A DNA stretch of 64,000 bases, taken from positions 265 to 64,264 of the forward strand of contig JAGGVB010000195.1 in assembly GCA_021158245.1 (NCBI GenBank), given 5' to 3'. Below are positions 41,024 through 51,367 of the stretch, piece after piece. Position numbers and translations under genes: made by a program. Source of the stretch: a bacterium. GTDB taxonomy: Bacteria > Zhuqueibacterota > QNDG01. How positions within the stretch are numbered: position 1 is the first letter of the stretch; every line of letters begins with the position of its first letter. The notes under the pieces were generated by a model. It was not told where the DNA came from, searched no databases, and saw nothing but the letters and a program-made list of their open reading frames with translations.

Positions 41024-41735
41024 GGGTAGAAATTTGAAAAACGAGAGCATACTCTCTGCAAAAAATATATCAAAAAGTTATTTTATGGCGGAGTCCCTTG
41101 AGCTGAAAGTGCTCGAAAGTGTTAATTTGGAAATATACAAGGGGGAGATAGTATCTGTTATAGGAGAATCCGGAGTCGGCAAAAGCACGCTTCTGCATGT
41201 ACTGGGCACTCTTGATAAACCTGAACAGGGAGAACTTTTTCTCAATGATACAGAAGTCTTCGCAATGAATGGTAATGAAATTGACAGTTTCAGGAACAGG
41301 ACAGTCGGGTTTATATTCCAGTTTCATCATCTTCTTCCGGAGTTTAGTGCTCTTGAGAATGTTGCAATGCCCGGGCTTATTGCAAGAATAGATTCGAAAG
41401 AGGTCTATGAAAAAGCTGAAGAGCTTCTTGTAGAAGTCGGACTAAAAGAGAGAATGAAGCATAAACCTTCTGAACTTTCAGGAGGGGAGAAGCAGAGAGT
41501 TGCGTTTGCAAGAGCACTTGTGAATGATCCTGTAATTGTTCTTGCGGATGAGCCTACAGGTAATCTTGATACTGTTAACAGTGCAGTTGTGCGTGAACAG
41601 ATGTGGGAACTTGTAAGACAGAAAAATAAGGCATTTGTTGTTGCAACACACAACAGGAATATTGCAAAATATTCCGACAGAGTTCTTGAAATAAAGAATA
41701 AAGCTGTATTGGAGATAGACAAAGAGTCTGTGTAA
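41016..41735 (+). CDS. lolD: Lipoprotein-releasing ABC transporter ATPase
   Basis: GESGVGKST, GFIFQFHHLLPEFSALENV, LSGGEKQRVA, DEPTGNLD. Confidence 0.93.
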   Translation: MNRGRNLKNESILSAKNISKSYFMAESLELKVLESVNLEIYKGEIVSVIGESGVGKSTLLHVLGTLDKPEQGELFLNDTEVFAMNGNEIDSFRNRTVGFIFQFHHLLPEFSALENVAMPGLIARIDSKEVYEKAEELLVEVGLKERMKHKPSELSGGEKQRVAFARALVNDPVIVLADEPTGNLDTVNSAVVREQMWELVRQKNKAFVVATHNRNIAKYSDRVLEIKNKAVLEIDKESV

Positions 41736-41889
41736 CAGAACAAAAAGGAAGAAAATTGTCCTGGCGTGAAATTTGCAGAAAAATGCTGTGGCCCGTATGA
41801 TTTTAGGATTTGAAACTATGCAAAGGTTCAAAGCGTTTTATTAACAGAGGTATTTAAAAAAAATACGTTTTCTATAGAGGTTATCAAAA

Positions 41890-44328
41890 ATGATAAAAAA
41901 TAATTTTTCTCAAAGGGTACAGGTTGTTCTTCAACTGTCGCGGGAGGAGGCGCTCCGCCTTGGCCACGATTACATTGGCACCGAGCACCTTCTGCTTGGC
42001 GTGATAAGAGAGGGCAGCGGCATTGCCATAGAGATACTTCAGAATATCGGTATTGATCTTGACGAATTAAGAAAAGCAGTGGAAGATGCAGTAAAATCAA
42101 CAGGCGGGACAATAACAATGGGTAACATCCCGTTTACAAAAAGGGCGGAACGTGTCCTTCGTATTGCATCTTCGGAAGCTGAAAAATATAAACAAACGGT
42201 AATAGGAACGGAACATATACTTCTTGCTTTATCAAAGGATACTGACGGAGTAGCTGCAAGCGTACTAACTGATTTCGATGCAAGATACGATGCTATTATT
42301 GAAGAGCTGGAGAATATTTTACGAGGTTCGTCAGCTTCTCAGAAAGATACAAAGAAAAAATCAAAAACACCCGCACTAGACCATTTTGGCCGGGATTTGA
42401 CCGAAATGGCAAAGAAGGATGAACTTGATCCGGTCATAGGCAGGGATATGGAGATACAGCGCGTAGCTCAGATTTTGTCCCGAAGAAAGAAAAATAATCC
42501 TGTTCTCATAGGAGAACCCGGTGTGGGTAAGACAGCTATTGCCGAGGGATTGGCAATGAGAATAGTAGAGAAAAATGTTCCGCGGGTTCTGCATGACAAA
42601 CGTGTGGTAACTCTTGATCTCGGCTCTGTAGTTGCAGGTACAAAGTACAGAGGCCAGTTTGAAGAGCGGATGAAAGCAATTATGAATGAGCTCGTAAAGT
42701 CAAGAGAAATAATACTTTTCATAGATGAGCTTCATACAATTGTAGGTGCTGGAGGAGCTTCGGGTTCCCTCGATGCGTCCAATATGTTCAAGCCTGCTCT
42801 TTCAAGAGGAGAGCTGCAGTGTATAGGTGCTACAACTCTTGATGAGTACAGGCAGTTCATAGAAAAAGACGGCGCACTTGAAAGACGTTTTCAAAAAGTA
42901 ATTGTTGACCCGCCTTCAACAGACGATACTTTAAAAATTCTTTTCGGGTTAAAAGACAGATACGAAAAACATCATCGCGTTGAGTATACCGACGAAGCAT
43001 TGAATACTGCGGTACGTCTTTCGGAACGCTATATTACAGATAAATTCCTGCCGGACAAGGCCATAGACGTTATGGATGAGGCAGGAGCAAAAGTGCATCT
43101 TGCAAATATTAATGTCCCTCAGGAAGTGACAATGCTTGAGGAACGCCTTAAAGTTATAAGAAGAGAAAAGAATAATGTTATACGCAAACAGGAGTTTGAA
43201 AAAGCGGCTGTTCTGCGTGACAGAGAAAAAAAGATTATTAATGAACTGGAAGAGGCAAAGGAAAGATGGGAGAGCGAACTCGGAGAAGTCCTTGCGCAGG
43301 TTACTGAAGAAGATATATCTGAAGTAGTGGCAATGATGACTTCAATTCCTGTATCAAGAGTTGCTCAGTCGGAAACTGAAAAACTTCTTACCATGGCTGA
43401 TGAGATGAAGAAGAGAGTTATAGGCCAGGATGAAGTAATTGATTTGTTGAGCAGAGCGATACAGCGTACGAGAGTAGGCCTTAAAAGCCCTAAAAGGCCC
43501 ATAGGATCCTTCATCTTCCTCGGGCCTACCGGTGTGGGGAAAACATATCTTGCACAGGAACTTGCACGTTACCTTTTTGAAGATGAGAAAGCTTTAATCC
43601 GGATAGATATGTCTGAATTTATGGAAAAATTTGCCGTTTCAAGGATGACAGGCGCGCCTCCGGGATATATCGGATACGAAGAAGGCGGCCAGCTTACTGA
43701 AAAGGTAAGACGTCATCCATACTCTGTTGTGCTTTTAGATGAGATTGAAAAGGCTCATCCCGATGTATTCAATATACTCCTGCAGATTCTGGATGAAGGG
43801 CATCTTACAGACGGATTGGGGAGAAGAGTTGATTTTAGAAATACAATTATGATTATGACGTCAAACCTCGGTTCAAGACGGGTAAATAAAACTCAATTTG
43901 GGTTTAACAGGGATGATAAAGTTGATTATAAAGCAATGAAATCCTCAATACTTGAGGAAACAAAGAGGCTTTTTACTCCGGAATTTTTGAACAGAATTGA
44001 CGATATTGCTGTATTCAGGCCTCTTTCAAAAGAAAGTATAATGAAGATAATAGACCTTTCCCTTGAAGATGTAAAAGAGTCTCTGCGGCTCAAAGATATT
44101 GATTTTACCCTTTCTGAAAAAGCAAAGGAGTGGCTTGCTGATAAAGGATTTGACCCATTGCTCGGCGCAAGGCAGATTAAACGTACAATTCAGAAATATA
44201 TTGAAGATTCACTTGCAGAAGAATTGTTAAAAGGGAAATTCATAGAAGGAAGCCATATTGTCGTAAAACAAAAGAGCGACGGACTGGAATTTATAGATAA
44301 AGAGCTTAAAGATGTAAAGACAAAATAG
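41890..44328 (+). CDS. clpC: ATP-dependent Clp protease ATPase subunit
   Basis: Clp-N repeats, [11 protein letters not shown] coiled coil, [21 protein letters not shown]. Confidence 0.96.
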   Translation: MIKNNFSQRVQVVLQLSREEALRLGHDYIGTEHLLLGVIREGSGIAIEILQNIGIDLDELRKAVEDAVKSTGGTITMGNIPFTKRAERVLRIASSEAEKYKQTVIGTEHILLALSKDTDGVAASVLTDFDARYDAIIEELENILRGSSASQKDTKKKSKTPALDHFGRDLTEMAKKDELDPVIGRDMEIQRVAQILSRRKKNNPVLIGEPGVGKTAIAEGLAMRIVEKNVPRVLHDKRVVTLDLGSVVAGTKYRGQFEERMKAIMNELVKSREIILFIDELHTIVGAGGASGSLDASNMFKPALSRGELQCIGATTLDEYRQFIEKDGALERRFQKVIVDPPSTDDTLKILFGLKDRYEKHHRVEYTDEALNTAVRLSERYITDKFLPDKAIDVMDEAGAKVHLANINVPQEVTMLEERLKVIRREKNNVIRKQEFEKAAVLRDREKKIINELEEAKERWESELGEVLAQVTEEDISEVVAMMTSIPVSRVAQSETEKLLTMADEMKKRVIGQDEVIDLLSRAIQRTRVGLKSPKRPIGSFIFLGPTGVGKTYLAQELARYLFEDEKALIRIDMSEFMEKFAVSRMTGAPPGYIGYEEGGQLTEKVRRHPYSVVLLDEIEKAHPDVFNILLQILDEGHLTDGLGRRVDFRNTIMIMTSNLGSRRVNKTQFGFNRDDKVDYKAMKSSILEETKRLFTPEFLNRIDDIAVFRPLSKESIMKIIDLSLEDVKESLRLKDIDFTLSEKAKEWLADKGFDPLLGARQIKRTIQKYIEDSLAEELLKGKFIEGSHIVVKQKSDGLEFIDKELKDVKTK

Positions 44329-44349
44329 GCTGTGCAGAAGGGGCGAGTG

Positions 44350-45267
44350 ATGGCAAAAAAATTGAATGGTAAAATAGGGAGAAGGGAATTTATTAAAACT
44401 GCTGCCGGGACTGCAGCAGGGCTTTCATTATTTCCCCTGTCGTCGTTTTCAAAATATTCAGATAAACCTTCCATTATCGTTGTAAAGAACGGGTCCCCTG
44501 CAGAGCTTGTCAGGAATGCTGTGGAGAGTCTCGGTGGTATGTCAAAATTTGTCAGCAAGGGCGATATTGTAGTGTTAAAGCCGAATATGTCGTGGGACAG
44601 AGTTCCTGAACAGGCTGCTACAACAAATCCTGAAGTTGTTGCTGAGGTTGTAAAAATGTGTTTTGATGCAGGGGCCAAAAAAGTAAAAATTTTTGATAAT
44701 ACATTAAATGAAGTAAGAAGATGCTACAAAAGAAGCGGTATACAGAAGGCTGCTGAAGAGTTGGGAGCGGATGTCATGTACGTGCGTCCCGGAAAATTTA
44801 AAAAAACATCAATTCCCGATGGAAAGCTTGTTAAGTCGTGGGCGTTGTATGAAGATGCTCTTGATGCTGATGTATTGATAAATATTCCAATTGCAAAGCA
44901 TCACTCGCTTTCCGGCGTTTCTCTCGGTATGAAGAACTATATGGGGTATCTCGGAGGTAACAGAGGCAAGTTTCACAGAGATTTTAATGTTAAAATTACT
45001 GATCTTAATACAAAATTTAAAGCGGATCTTACTATTTTGGATGCATATAGAATGCTTCTGCGAAATGGCCCGAGCGGCGGGAATGTTAAAGACGTTGCAT
45101 TAAAAAAGATAGTTGTTGCAGGAACAGACCCTGTTGCAGTGGACAGCTATGGGGTTAAAATGTTCGGTTTAGACCCTCTGAAAACAGGATTTTTAAAAGA
45201 GGCGGAAGAACGCGGACTGGGGCAAAATAATTTGTCCCGCATAACAGTAAAAACGATATCTCTGTAA
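44350..45267 (+). CDS. Tat-exported DUF362 family protein
   Basis: RREFIK twin-arginine signal; VVLKPNMSWD, TTNPEVV, INIPIAKHH, GMKNYMG, DPVAVD. Confidence 0.88.
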   Translation: MAKKLNGKIGRREFIKTAAGTAAGLSLFPLSSFSKYSDKPSIIVVKNGSPAELVRNAVESLGGMSKFVSKGDIVVLKPNMSWDRVPEQAATTNPEVVAEVVKMCFDAGAKKVKIFDNTLNEVRRCYKRSGIQKAAEELGADVMYVRPGKFKKTSIPDGKLVKSWALYEDALDADVLINIPIAKHHSLSGVSLGMKNYMGYLGGNRGKFHRDFNVKITDLNTKFKADLTILDAYRMLLRNGPSGGNVKDVALKKIVVAGTDPVAVDSYGVKMFGLDPLKTGFLKEAEERGLGQNNLSRITVKTISL

Positions 45268-45305
45268 AAATAGATATTTATAAAATATTTTTAATAAATA
45301 ACTAT

Positions 45306-45477
45306 CCTGCATTATTAAGAAGTATAATGAAAAGGCGGATTCACACTGAAAATGTGCGGAAATGACATGAGTGAAGCATGTCATTTTCGGAAATTTTAAT
45401 CAGGAATCCAGGGCCGGGACAGGTGTTTATTCCTGAATATTCGTTTAAATATGGTTGTGATTCATGAATAATGCAGG
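45306..45477. mobile_element. 172-bp MITE with 11-bp terminal inverted repeats and 4-bp target duplication
   Basis: CCTGCATTATT (45306-16) / AATAATGCAGG (45467-77), flanked by CTAT at 45302-05 and 45478-81; no ORF; internal hairpins. Confidence 0.8.
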
Positions 45478-45501
45478 CTATATAATTCAGGGGTCTCATA
45501 T

Positions 45502-47019
45502 ATGAGAACTGCCCGTCGTATTTCTCAGATGTTTTTTTTACTCCTTTTTTTTGGGCTTTTTTTGTGGGCTACTTATCCTTTAAAGCGATTCATTCCTGTA
45601 GATATATTCTTTCGGTTTGATCCTCTTGTTTCTATAACTGCATCTCTTGCTGCAAGAAGTTTTATCTTGAAGTTACTGCCGGGGCTGCTGCTGCTGACAG
45701 TTTCTATCTTTCTCGGAAGATTTTTCTGCGGCTGGATTTGCCCTTTGGGATTCATTATAGATATTTTTAACAAGCTTTTCCCAAAAAAGAACACTGAAAA
45801 GACCGGTTCTGATTTCAAGTGGATAAAGTATTTTATTTTTCTTGCCTTATTTACAGGTGCTCTGTTTTCAATACAGGTAACAGGCCTCTTTGATCCGTTC
45901 TCAATACTTACGCGATCTACGACTCTGTTTTTGTATCCTTTATTCGTAATTACAACGGAGGGCATATTTAATGCTCTTGTAAGTGTTCAATTTCTTGAAG
46001 ACCATGTTTATCAGTTATGGGATGTATTAACAGGCTCGGTGCTTCCGGCATCTCAGCAGATCTTTAAAGGGTCCGGATTAATAGCTCTTATTTTTATAAT
46101 TATTGTATCTTCCGCTGTTTTCCAGCGTCGTTTCTGGTGCAGAAATATTTGCCCTCTCGGAGCTTTGTACGGGTTGTTCTCAAAATTCAGAATATACAAA
46201 AGGAATGTATCGGATAAATGCACAGCCTGCGGTATGTGCCGAACAGAATGCAGGATGGATGCAATATCTGAGGATTATCTGTCAACAAATAATTCAGAAT
46301 GCATATCATGCATGGATTGTGTAGAAGTGTGCCCGGTTGATGCTGTCAAATTTTCCTTTTCCAAAATAGAAGTAAATAAATCAAAAGATGTTGATTTGAA
46401 CAGAAGAAGAATTCTTGCAGCAGGCCTTACAGGAATTGTTGGTTCTGTAATTGTAAAAAATGCCGTATCAAAACCATCGGTCAAAGGCAGTGTTGTAAGG
46501 CCGCCGGGGTCAGTGGAAGAATCAAAATTTCTGGACCTCTGCATTAGATGCGGTGAGTGTGTAAGAGTTTGTTCCACATCAGGGGCAGGTCTGCAGCATG
46601 CGCTGACTGAAAGCGGTTTTCAGGGAATCTGGACGCCTGTACTTTTTCCTGAAACAGGTTACTGCGAATATAACTGCAACCTTTGCGGAGAAGTATGCCC
46701 TACAGGAGCAATCAAATTTTTACCGATCAAAGAGAGGCAGCAGATTAAAATGGGCACTGCTCATTTTGACAAGACAAGATGTATCCCGTGGTATTATGGT
46801 GAGGACTGCATGGTATGTGAAGAACACTGTCCTCTTCCTGATAAAGCAATTAAGTTCCGTAAAACAGATGTAGTGACAATTGACGGTAAAAAAGCAGAGG
46901 TAAATTTACCCTATGTAATAGAGGATTTATGCATAGGATGCGGAATATGCGTAAACAGATGCCCTCTTGAGGGTAAAAAAGGTATTTTTCTTACTAATGC
47001 TGATGAACAGCGTTTATAA
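45502..47019 (+). CDS. Membrane 4Fe-4S binding protein (NapH/MauN-like plus ferredoxin domains)
   Basis: GRFFCGWICPLG, RFWCRNICPLG, several CxxCxxCxxxCP motifs, VVRPPGS. Confidence 0.9.
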   Translation: MRTARRISQMFFLLLFFGLFLWATYPLKRFIPVDIFFRFDPLVSITASLAARSFILKLLPGLLLLTVSIFLGRFFCGWICPLGFIIDIFNKLFPKKNTEKTGSDFKWIKYFIFLALFTGALFSIQVTGLFDPFSILTRSTTLFLYPLFVITTEGIFNALVSVQFLEDHVYQLWDVLTGSVLPASQQIFKGSGLIALIFIIIVSSAVFQRRFWCRNICPLGALYGLFSKFRIYKRNVSDKCTACGMCRTECRMDAISEDYLSTNNSECISCMDCVEVCPVDAVKFSFSKIEVNKSKDVDLNRRRILAAGLTGIVGSVIVKNAVSKPSVKGSVVRPPGSVEESKFLDLCIRCGECVRVCSTSGAGLQHALTESGFQGIWTPVLFPETGYCEYNCNLCGEVCPTGAIKFLPIKERQQIKMGTAHFDKTRCIPWYYGEDCMVCEEHCPLPDKAIKFRKTDVVTIDGKKAEVNLPYVIEDLCIGCGICVNRCPLEGKKGIFLTNADEQRL

Positions 47020-47040
47020 TCTAAATAAAGGGAGGAAGAT

Positions 47041-47628
47041 ATGCGTAAAAGAGTAATGGTAGTAGTCCTTGGTGTTGTTTTAGTATCATTATCTTTTTCA
47101 ACACAGGCTTTTGCACAACTCGGCATAAGAAAGGGAATCAAACTGGGTTACACTTCCGCAACGCTTGCAGGTGACGGAATAACTGTAAGTGTTGATCCGT
47201 TAAAAAATTTGACAGGAGGAGTGTGCCTTGAGTTTAATATGCTGATATTTTCTCTTGAAGGAGATGTCTTGTATGAGAAACGGGGTGCGGATTTCGGTGC
47301 AGACGGAAAAAAGGAGATAACATACATATCTATACCTCTGCTTGTTAAGAAAAAGTTTCTGCCGATGCTTGTACATCCATATATTATGGGAGGCTCTGAA
47401 TTTAATTATCTGATTTCAGCAAAGAAAAAAGGTGTTGATATTAAAGAAAATTTGAATTCTCAGGATATGTGCCTTACCTTCGGAGCAGGTATTGAGTTTT
47501 CATTCCTTGGTAAAAGTGCATTCGGTGAATTCCGTTACAGCTACGGATTGAATAACCTTGCAAAAGATTCCTCTCTTCCTTCTGAGCGGAATCGTGCAAG
47601 TCATATAATGGTAGGGATTCTATTCTAA
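47041..47628 (+). CDS. Outer-membrane beta-barrel (porin family) protein
   Basis: Signal peptide; GIKLG, YISIPLLVK, EFRYSYGLNN; terminal Phe. Confidence 0.8.
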   Translation: MRKRVMVVVLGVVLVSLSFSTQAFAQLGIRKGIKLGYTSATLAGDGITVSVDPLKNLTGGVCLEFNMLIFSLEGDVLYEKRGADFGADGKKEITYISIPLLVKKKFLPMLVHPYIMGGSEFNYLISAKKKGVDIKENLNSQDMCLTFGAGIEFSFLGKSAFGEFRYSYGLNNLAKDSSLPSERNRASHIMVGILF

Positions 47629-47637
47629 GGATTATTA

Positions 47638-48462
47638 ATGAATGTTAAAGATTTTACAACCAGGTTTTTGGTTGCGCTTTTTGGGATACCGGTAATATTT
47701 ATTGCAGCACTCATCGGAAAAGAGGTTTTTTTAATTTTTGTTGATATTGTTATGCTTGCTGCACTTGTTGAGTTTTATTTAATGGTTAAAAACATAGGTG
47801 TTTTCCCGCAAACAGCAGGGGGAGTTATATTCCTCCTGCTGTCAAGCCTTGATATATATTTTTATCATGGCAGAAGCCTGTTATTACTTTTAATTTTTTT
47901 TATTATTCTTACACTTCTATCCGAGCTTCTTAGTAATAATATTAACAAAGCTGAAAATGCAGCGTGGACAATAACAGGTGCAGTTTATGTCGGCCTTCTT
48001 ATGTTCTTTTTGCAGTTGAGAGATATCCCCGAACATTTTAATATTCCATACATTACAGGAGGAAAAATAATAATAGTTATTTTCTCCATAATATGGACAT
48101 GTGATACTGCAGCTTATATATTCGGCTCATCATTTGGGAAACATAAACTTGCTTCAAAGATAAGCCCTAAAAAAACCGTTGAGGGAGCTGTCGCAGGACT
48201 TATAACCGGTACAGGAATGACAATACTTCTGGGATATTTATTACTTCCTGAATTGATATTAATAAATTATATTATTATCGGAATTATAATCGGGATATTC
48301 GGACAGTTAAGTGATCTGGTTGAATCAATGTTTAAGCGCGCAGCAGGTGTTAAAGATTCGTCTAATTTGCTTCCAGGTCATGGCGGTATGCTTGATAGAT
48401 TTGATAACCCTATTCTATCTGTTCCTGTTATTTATGCTTATTTAATGTTGTTTGTTTTTTAA
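47638..48462 (+). CDS. cdsA: Phosphatidate cytidylyltransferase
   Basis: WTCDTAAYIFG, KISPKKTVEG, SMFKRAAGVKDSSNLLPGHGGMLDRFD. Confidence 0.95.
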   Translation: MNVKDFTTRFLVALFGIPVIFIAALIGKEVFLIFVDIVMLAALVEFYLMVKNIGVFPQTAGGVIFLLLSSLDIYFYHGRSLLLLLIFFIILTLLSELLSNNINKAENAAWTITGAVYVGLLMFFLQLRDIPEHFNIPYITGGKIIIVIFSIIWTCDTAAYIFGSSFGKHKLASKISPKKTVEGAVAGLITGTGMTILLGYLLLPELILINYIIIGIIIGIFGQLSDLVESMFKRAAGVKDSSNLLPGHGGMLDRFDNPILSVPVIYAYLMLFVF

Positions 48463-48625
48463 TTTTATTTAGGAAAATTAATTTCTATGACTTTTTCCGT
48501 ATGTGGTTTCTATAAAAACAAGCAAAGTGCCCTTTATGAATATATTTAATAGTTCCTGATTTTATTTACTAAATACTTGACAATTTTAACTTTAATTTAT
48601 ACGTTTAGAAATATAACAGCCTATT

Positions 48626-48785
48626 TTGTAAAATATGTTACAATATTGAAAAAAATTCCGGTTGGGTTACGGAAGATTTTGCCGGTTGACATATTTGTTA
48701 CAATTTTGATATAAATTCGATATCACCGTAACCCATGTAATAACAATGATATATGGCTTATTTGATGTTTTGGTATGTTAGTTGC
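48626..48785 (+). promoter_or_regulatory. Candidate sigma54 promoter with two upstream palindromic activator sites
   Basis: TGGTATG-TTAG-TTGC at 48771-85; TTGTAA-N6-TTACAA at 48626-43 and TTGACA-N6-TTACAA at 48686-703. Confidence 0.6.
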
Positions 48786-48839
48786 TTTTGTAAACAATGA
48801 CGGAATCTTATATGGGGACATAGAATTAAGGAAAAATTT

Positions 48840-49523
48840 ATGAAATCACAAATTATTGTTTTCCTTGAGCATGAAACAAGCAGCTGGCATGATCTTGAAA
48901 AATCTTTTCAGGAACATAATTTTATTGTCATACATGCAGACAATTTTAAGGAAGTTATACGCCTTATTGAAAATGATAAACCTGATGCAGTAATAATTGA
49001 CTGGAAGCACGGGAGGGGAATTGTGCAGTCCATTATAAAACAGGTAAATGTGTTCAATAAAAATAGTGTTCTTGTTGTACGTGCATTGAATCTAAGTTAT
49101 AATGATCAAATTTCTTTGCTTGAACAAGGCATAGATGAATGTTTTGATGAATCTTTAAACGGGGATCTTGTTGTTGCCAAGATATCCGCATTGATGAGAA
49201 GAGTGAGTTTTGTTAAAGAAGAGCCCAGAACTCTCAGAGCAAAGGATGTTATTATAAACCTTGACACGCAGCAGGTAATCAAGGGTAACAGGAAGATTGA
49301 ACTTACATTTACACAGTTTAAAATCCTGTATCTTCTCGCCTCCAAACGTGATTATGTTTTTACAAGAGACGAAATTCTCACAAAAGTCTGGGGTGAGAAT
49401 TCTTATGTTACTGACCGTACTGTAGACGTTCACGTAAAAAGGCTTCGGGAAAAACTCGGTGAAAGAAATAAATCATCGGATTACATACAGACCATACACG
49501 GCCTTGGATACAGGTTTGCATAA
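48840..49523 (+). CDS. OmpR/PhoB-type regulator with degenerate receiver domain
   Basis: wHTH: LTFTQFKILYLL, VFTRDEIL..VWG, DRTVDVHVKRLREKL, TIHGLGYRF. Confidence 0.88.
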   Translation: MKSQIIVFLEHETSSWHDLEKSFQEHNFIVIHADNFKEVIRLIENDKPDAVIIDWKHGRGIVQSIIKQVNVFNKNSVLVVRALNLSYNDQISLLEQGIDECFDESLNGDLVVAKISALMRRVSFVKEEPRTLRAKDVIINLDTQQVIKGNRKIELTFTQFKILYLLASKRDYVFTRDEILTKVWGENSYVTDRTVDVHVKRLREKLGERNKSSDYIQTIHGLGYRFA

Positions 49524-49558
49524 TATTAAAAAATGATACTGAGAGATAAACTGATAAA

Positions 49559-50329
49559 ATGAAACGTCAGGAAAAAATTGATTTTTCAATAGCAGGAGAG
49601 GTAAGAACTTCCGGTTTTTCGGAAGGTTCAATTTTTCTGCGAACAGTATTCAATAAAACCAATTCAAAGAAAAATACTGCTTCAGTACAAATTCAGAAAT
49701 ATTTGAAAAGAGTAACTGATATTGTCGGTGCAGTGATGCTGCTTATAATCACTATGCCCCTGTTCGCAGTAATTAGTGCAGTCATTAAAATGAGTTCCAA
49801 AGGCGGAATATTTTACAAACAGAAACGTGTCGGTTATAAAGAAAATATATTTATAATCTATAAATTTCGAACAATGCAGCAGACAGATCAGAATGAAAAA
49901 GATCACCAAAAATATGTGCGCTACCTTCTTAAAGAAGGAGTTAACTCTAAAAAAAATGCTGAGTTTGTTTCATTATATATTGAATACATTGAGAGTCATA
50001 TAACACCTGTCGGACGGTTTTTAAGAGCAACAAGCCTTGATGAGATTCCTCAGCTTTTTAATATACTAAAAGGGGATATGAGTTTTGTAGGGCCAAGGCC
50101 TCATCCTGTGTATGAAGTTGCCGAATATAAAAAATGGTACAGAAGAAGGTTGAAAGTAAAACCGGGGCTGACAGGGTGGTCAAAACTAAGAATCAGAATG
50201 GCACCGGAAAACTATGAGGAATCAATTCTTTTAGATCTCTGGTATGTAAAAAACTGGAACATTTTACTTGATTTGAGAATTGTGTTTCTTACGTTTCCTC
50301 TTGTTCTTTTTATGAAGGATGCCCATTAA
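49559..50329 (+). CDS. Priming sugar transferase (bacterial sugar transferase family)
   Basis: LKRVTDI, FYKQKRVG, YKFRTM, TSLDEIPQLFNILKGDMSFVGPRP, VKPGLTG. Confidence 0.92.
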   Translation: MKRQEKIDFSIAGEVRTSGFSEGSIFLRTVFNKTNSKKNTASVQIQKYLKRVTDIVGAVMLLIITMPLFAVISAVIKMSSKGGIFYKQKRVGYKENIFIIYKFRTMQQTDQNEKDHQKYVRYLLKEGVNSKKNAEFVSLYIEYIESHITPVGRFLRATSLDEIPQLFNILKGDMSFVGPRPHPVYEVAEYKKWYRRRLKVKPGLTGWSKLRIRMAPENYEESILLDLWYVKNWNILLDLRIVFLTFPLVLFMKDAH

Positions 50330-50348
50330 TGTAATTAAGGGGAGTATA

Positions 50349-51353
50349 ATGAGATTTAGAAATAGAAGAGTACTTGTCACAGGTGGAGCAGGATTTGTCG
50401 GGTCAAGATTAGTCGACAGAATAGTTGAAGAGGGCGGAAAGGTGATTGTACTTGACGATCTTTTTACCGGCAGAAAAGAGAATATCAGCCATATTAAAGA
50501 GGTTGAGTTTATTCATAATTCTGTCACTGATTTTGATATTGTTTCAAAACTTGTAAAAAGATCGGATTTGGTTTTCAATCTTGCAGTCAGAAATATAATT
50601 GTATCTACTGCATCTCCTCAACTTGACTTTCAGGTAAATACAGGCGGTATTTTTAATGTACTCCTTGCTGCAAAGAGCCACAGTGTGGAGAGAGTTATTT
50701 ACACTTCCTCTGTGTCAGTCTATGGTAATCCTCATTATCTTCCAATAAATGAAGATGACAGGCTCTACACTCTCAATCCCTATGCTGCAAGCAAGCAATC
50801 CGGTGAAAATTACTGCAATGCTTTTTATGAGACGTATGGTATCTCCACTACAATTCTCAGATTCTCAAATGTATATGGAATAAATCAGATGCCTCAGAAT
50901 CCGTACTGCGGAGTTATATCTAGATTCTTCAGCAGGATTATGAATGGGCAGCCGTCTCTGATTCACGGTGACGGGCTGCAGACGAGAGATTTTACATATG
51001 TGGATGATGCTGTGGAAGCAACGATAAGAGCTGCTGTAAGCCCTAAAGCAGAAGGGCAGATTTTTAACGTAGGGACAGGATTTGAGACGAGTATAAATGA
51101 CCTTGCAGAAAAGATATCTGAAATTGTAGGAGTCCCCCACAATCCGGTCTATGTGGATAAACGTGATATTGACAATATACGCAGAAGAGTTGTAAATATT
51201 GAAAAGATAAGACGTATTCTCAAATGGATTCCGACCGTAACGCTTCATAAAGGGCTTGAGAATACTTTTGAATGGCTTGATTCTACCAATGATTTAAAGG
51301 CGCACAAAAAAACGGCAATGAGAGTTACTTTATCAAATAATTTTACTGCATAG
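50349..51353 (+). CDS. NAD-dependent epimerase/dehydratase
   Basis: VTGGAGFVG, YAASK, RFSNVYG, GDGLQTRDFTYVDD; ATG 50349 follows GGGGAG. Confidence 0.92.
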   Translation: MRFRNRRVLVTGGAGFVGSRLVDRIVEEGGKVIVLDDLFTGRKENISHIKEVEFIHNSVTDFDIVSKLVKRSDLVFNLAVRNIIVSTASPQLDFQVNTGGIFNVLLAAKSHSVERVIYTSSVSVYGNPHYLPINEDDRLYTLNPYAASKQSGENYCNAFYETYGISTTILRFSNVYGINQMPQNPYCGVISRFFSRIMNGQPSLIHGDGLQTRDFTYVDDAVEATIRAAVSPKAEGQIFNVGTGFETSINDLAEKISEIVGVPHNPVYVDKRDIDNIRRRVVNIEKIRRILKWIPTVTLHKGLENTFEWLDSTNDLKAHKKTAMRVTLSNNFTA

Positions 51354-51367
51354 GTGTTTGGCTGAAC

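Noticed and set aside
41890-44328. clpC without adjacent mcsA/mcsB
   Set aside because: Stand-alone clpC is common outside Firmicutes; not unusual
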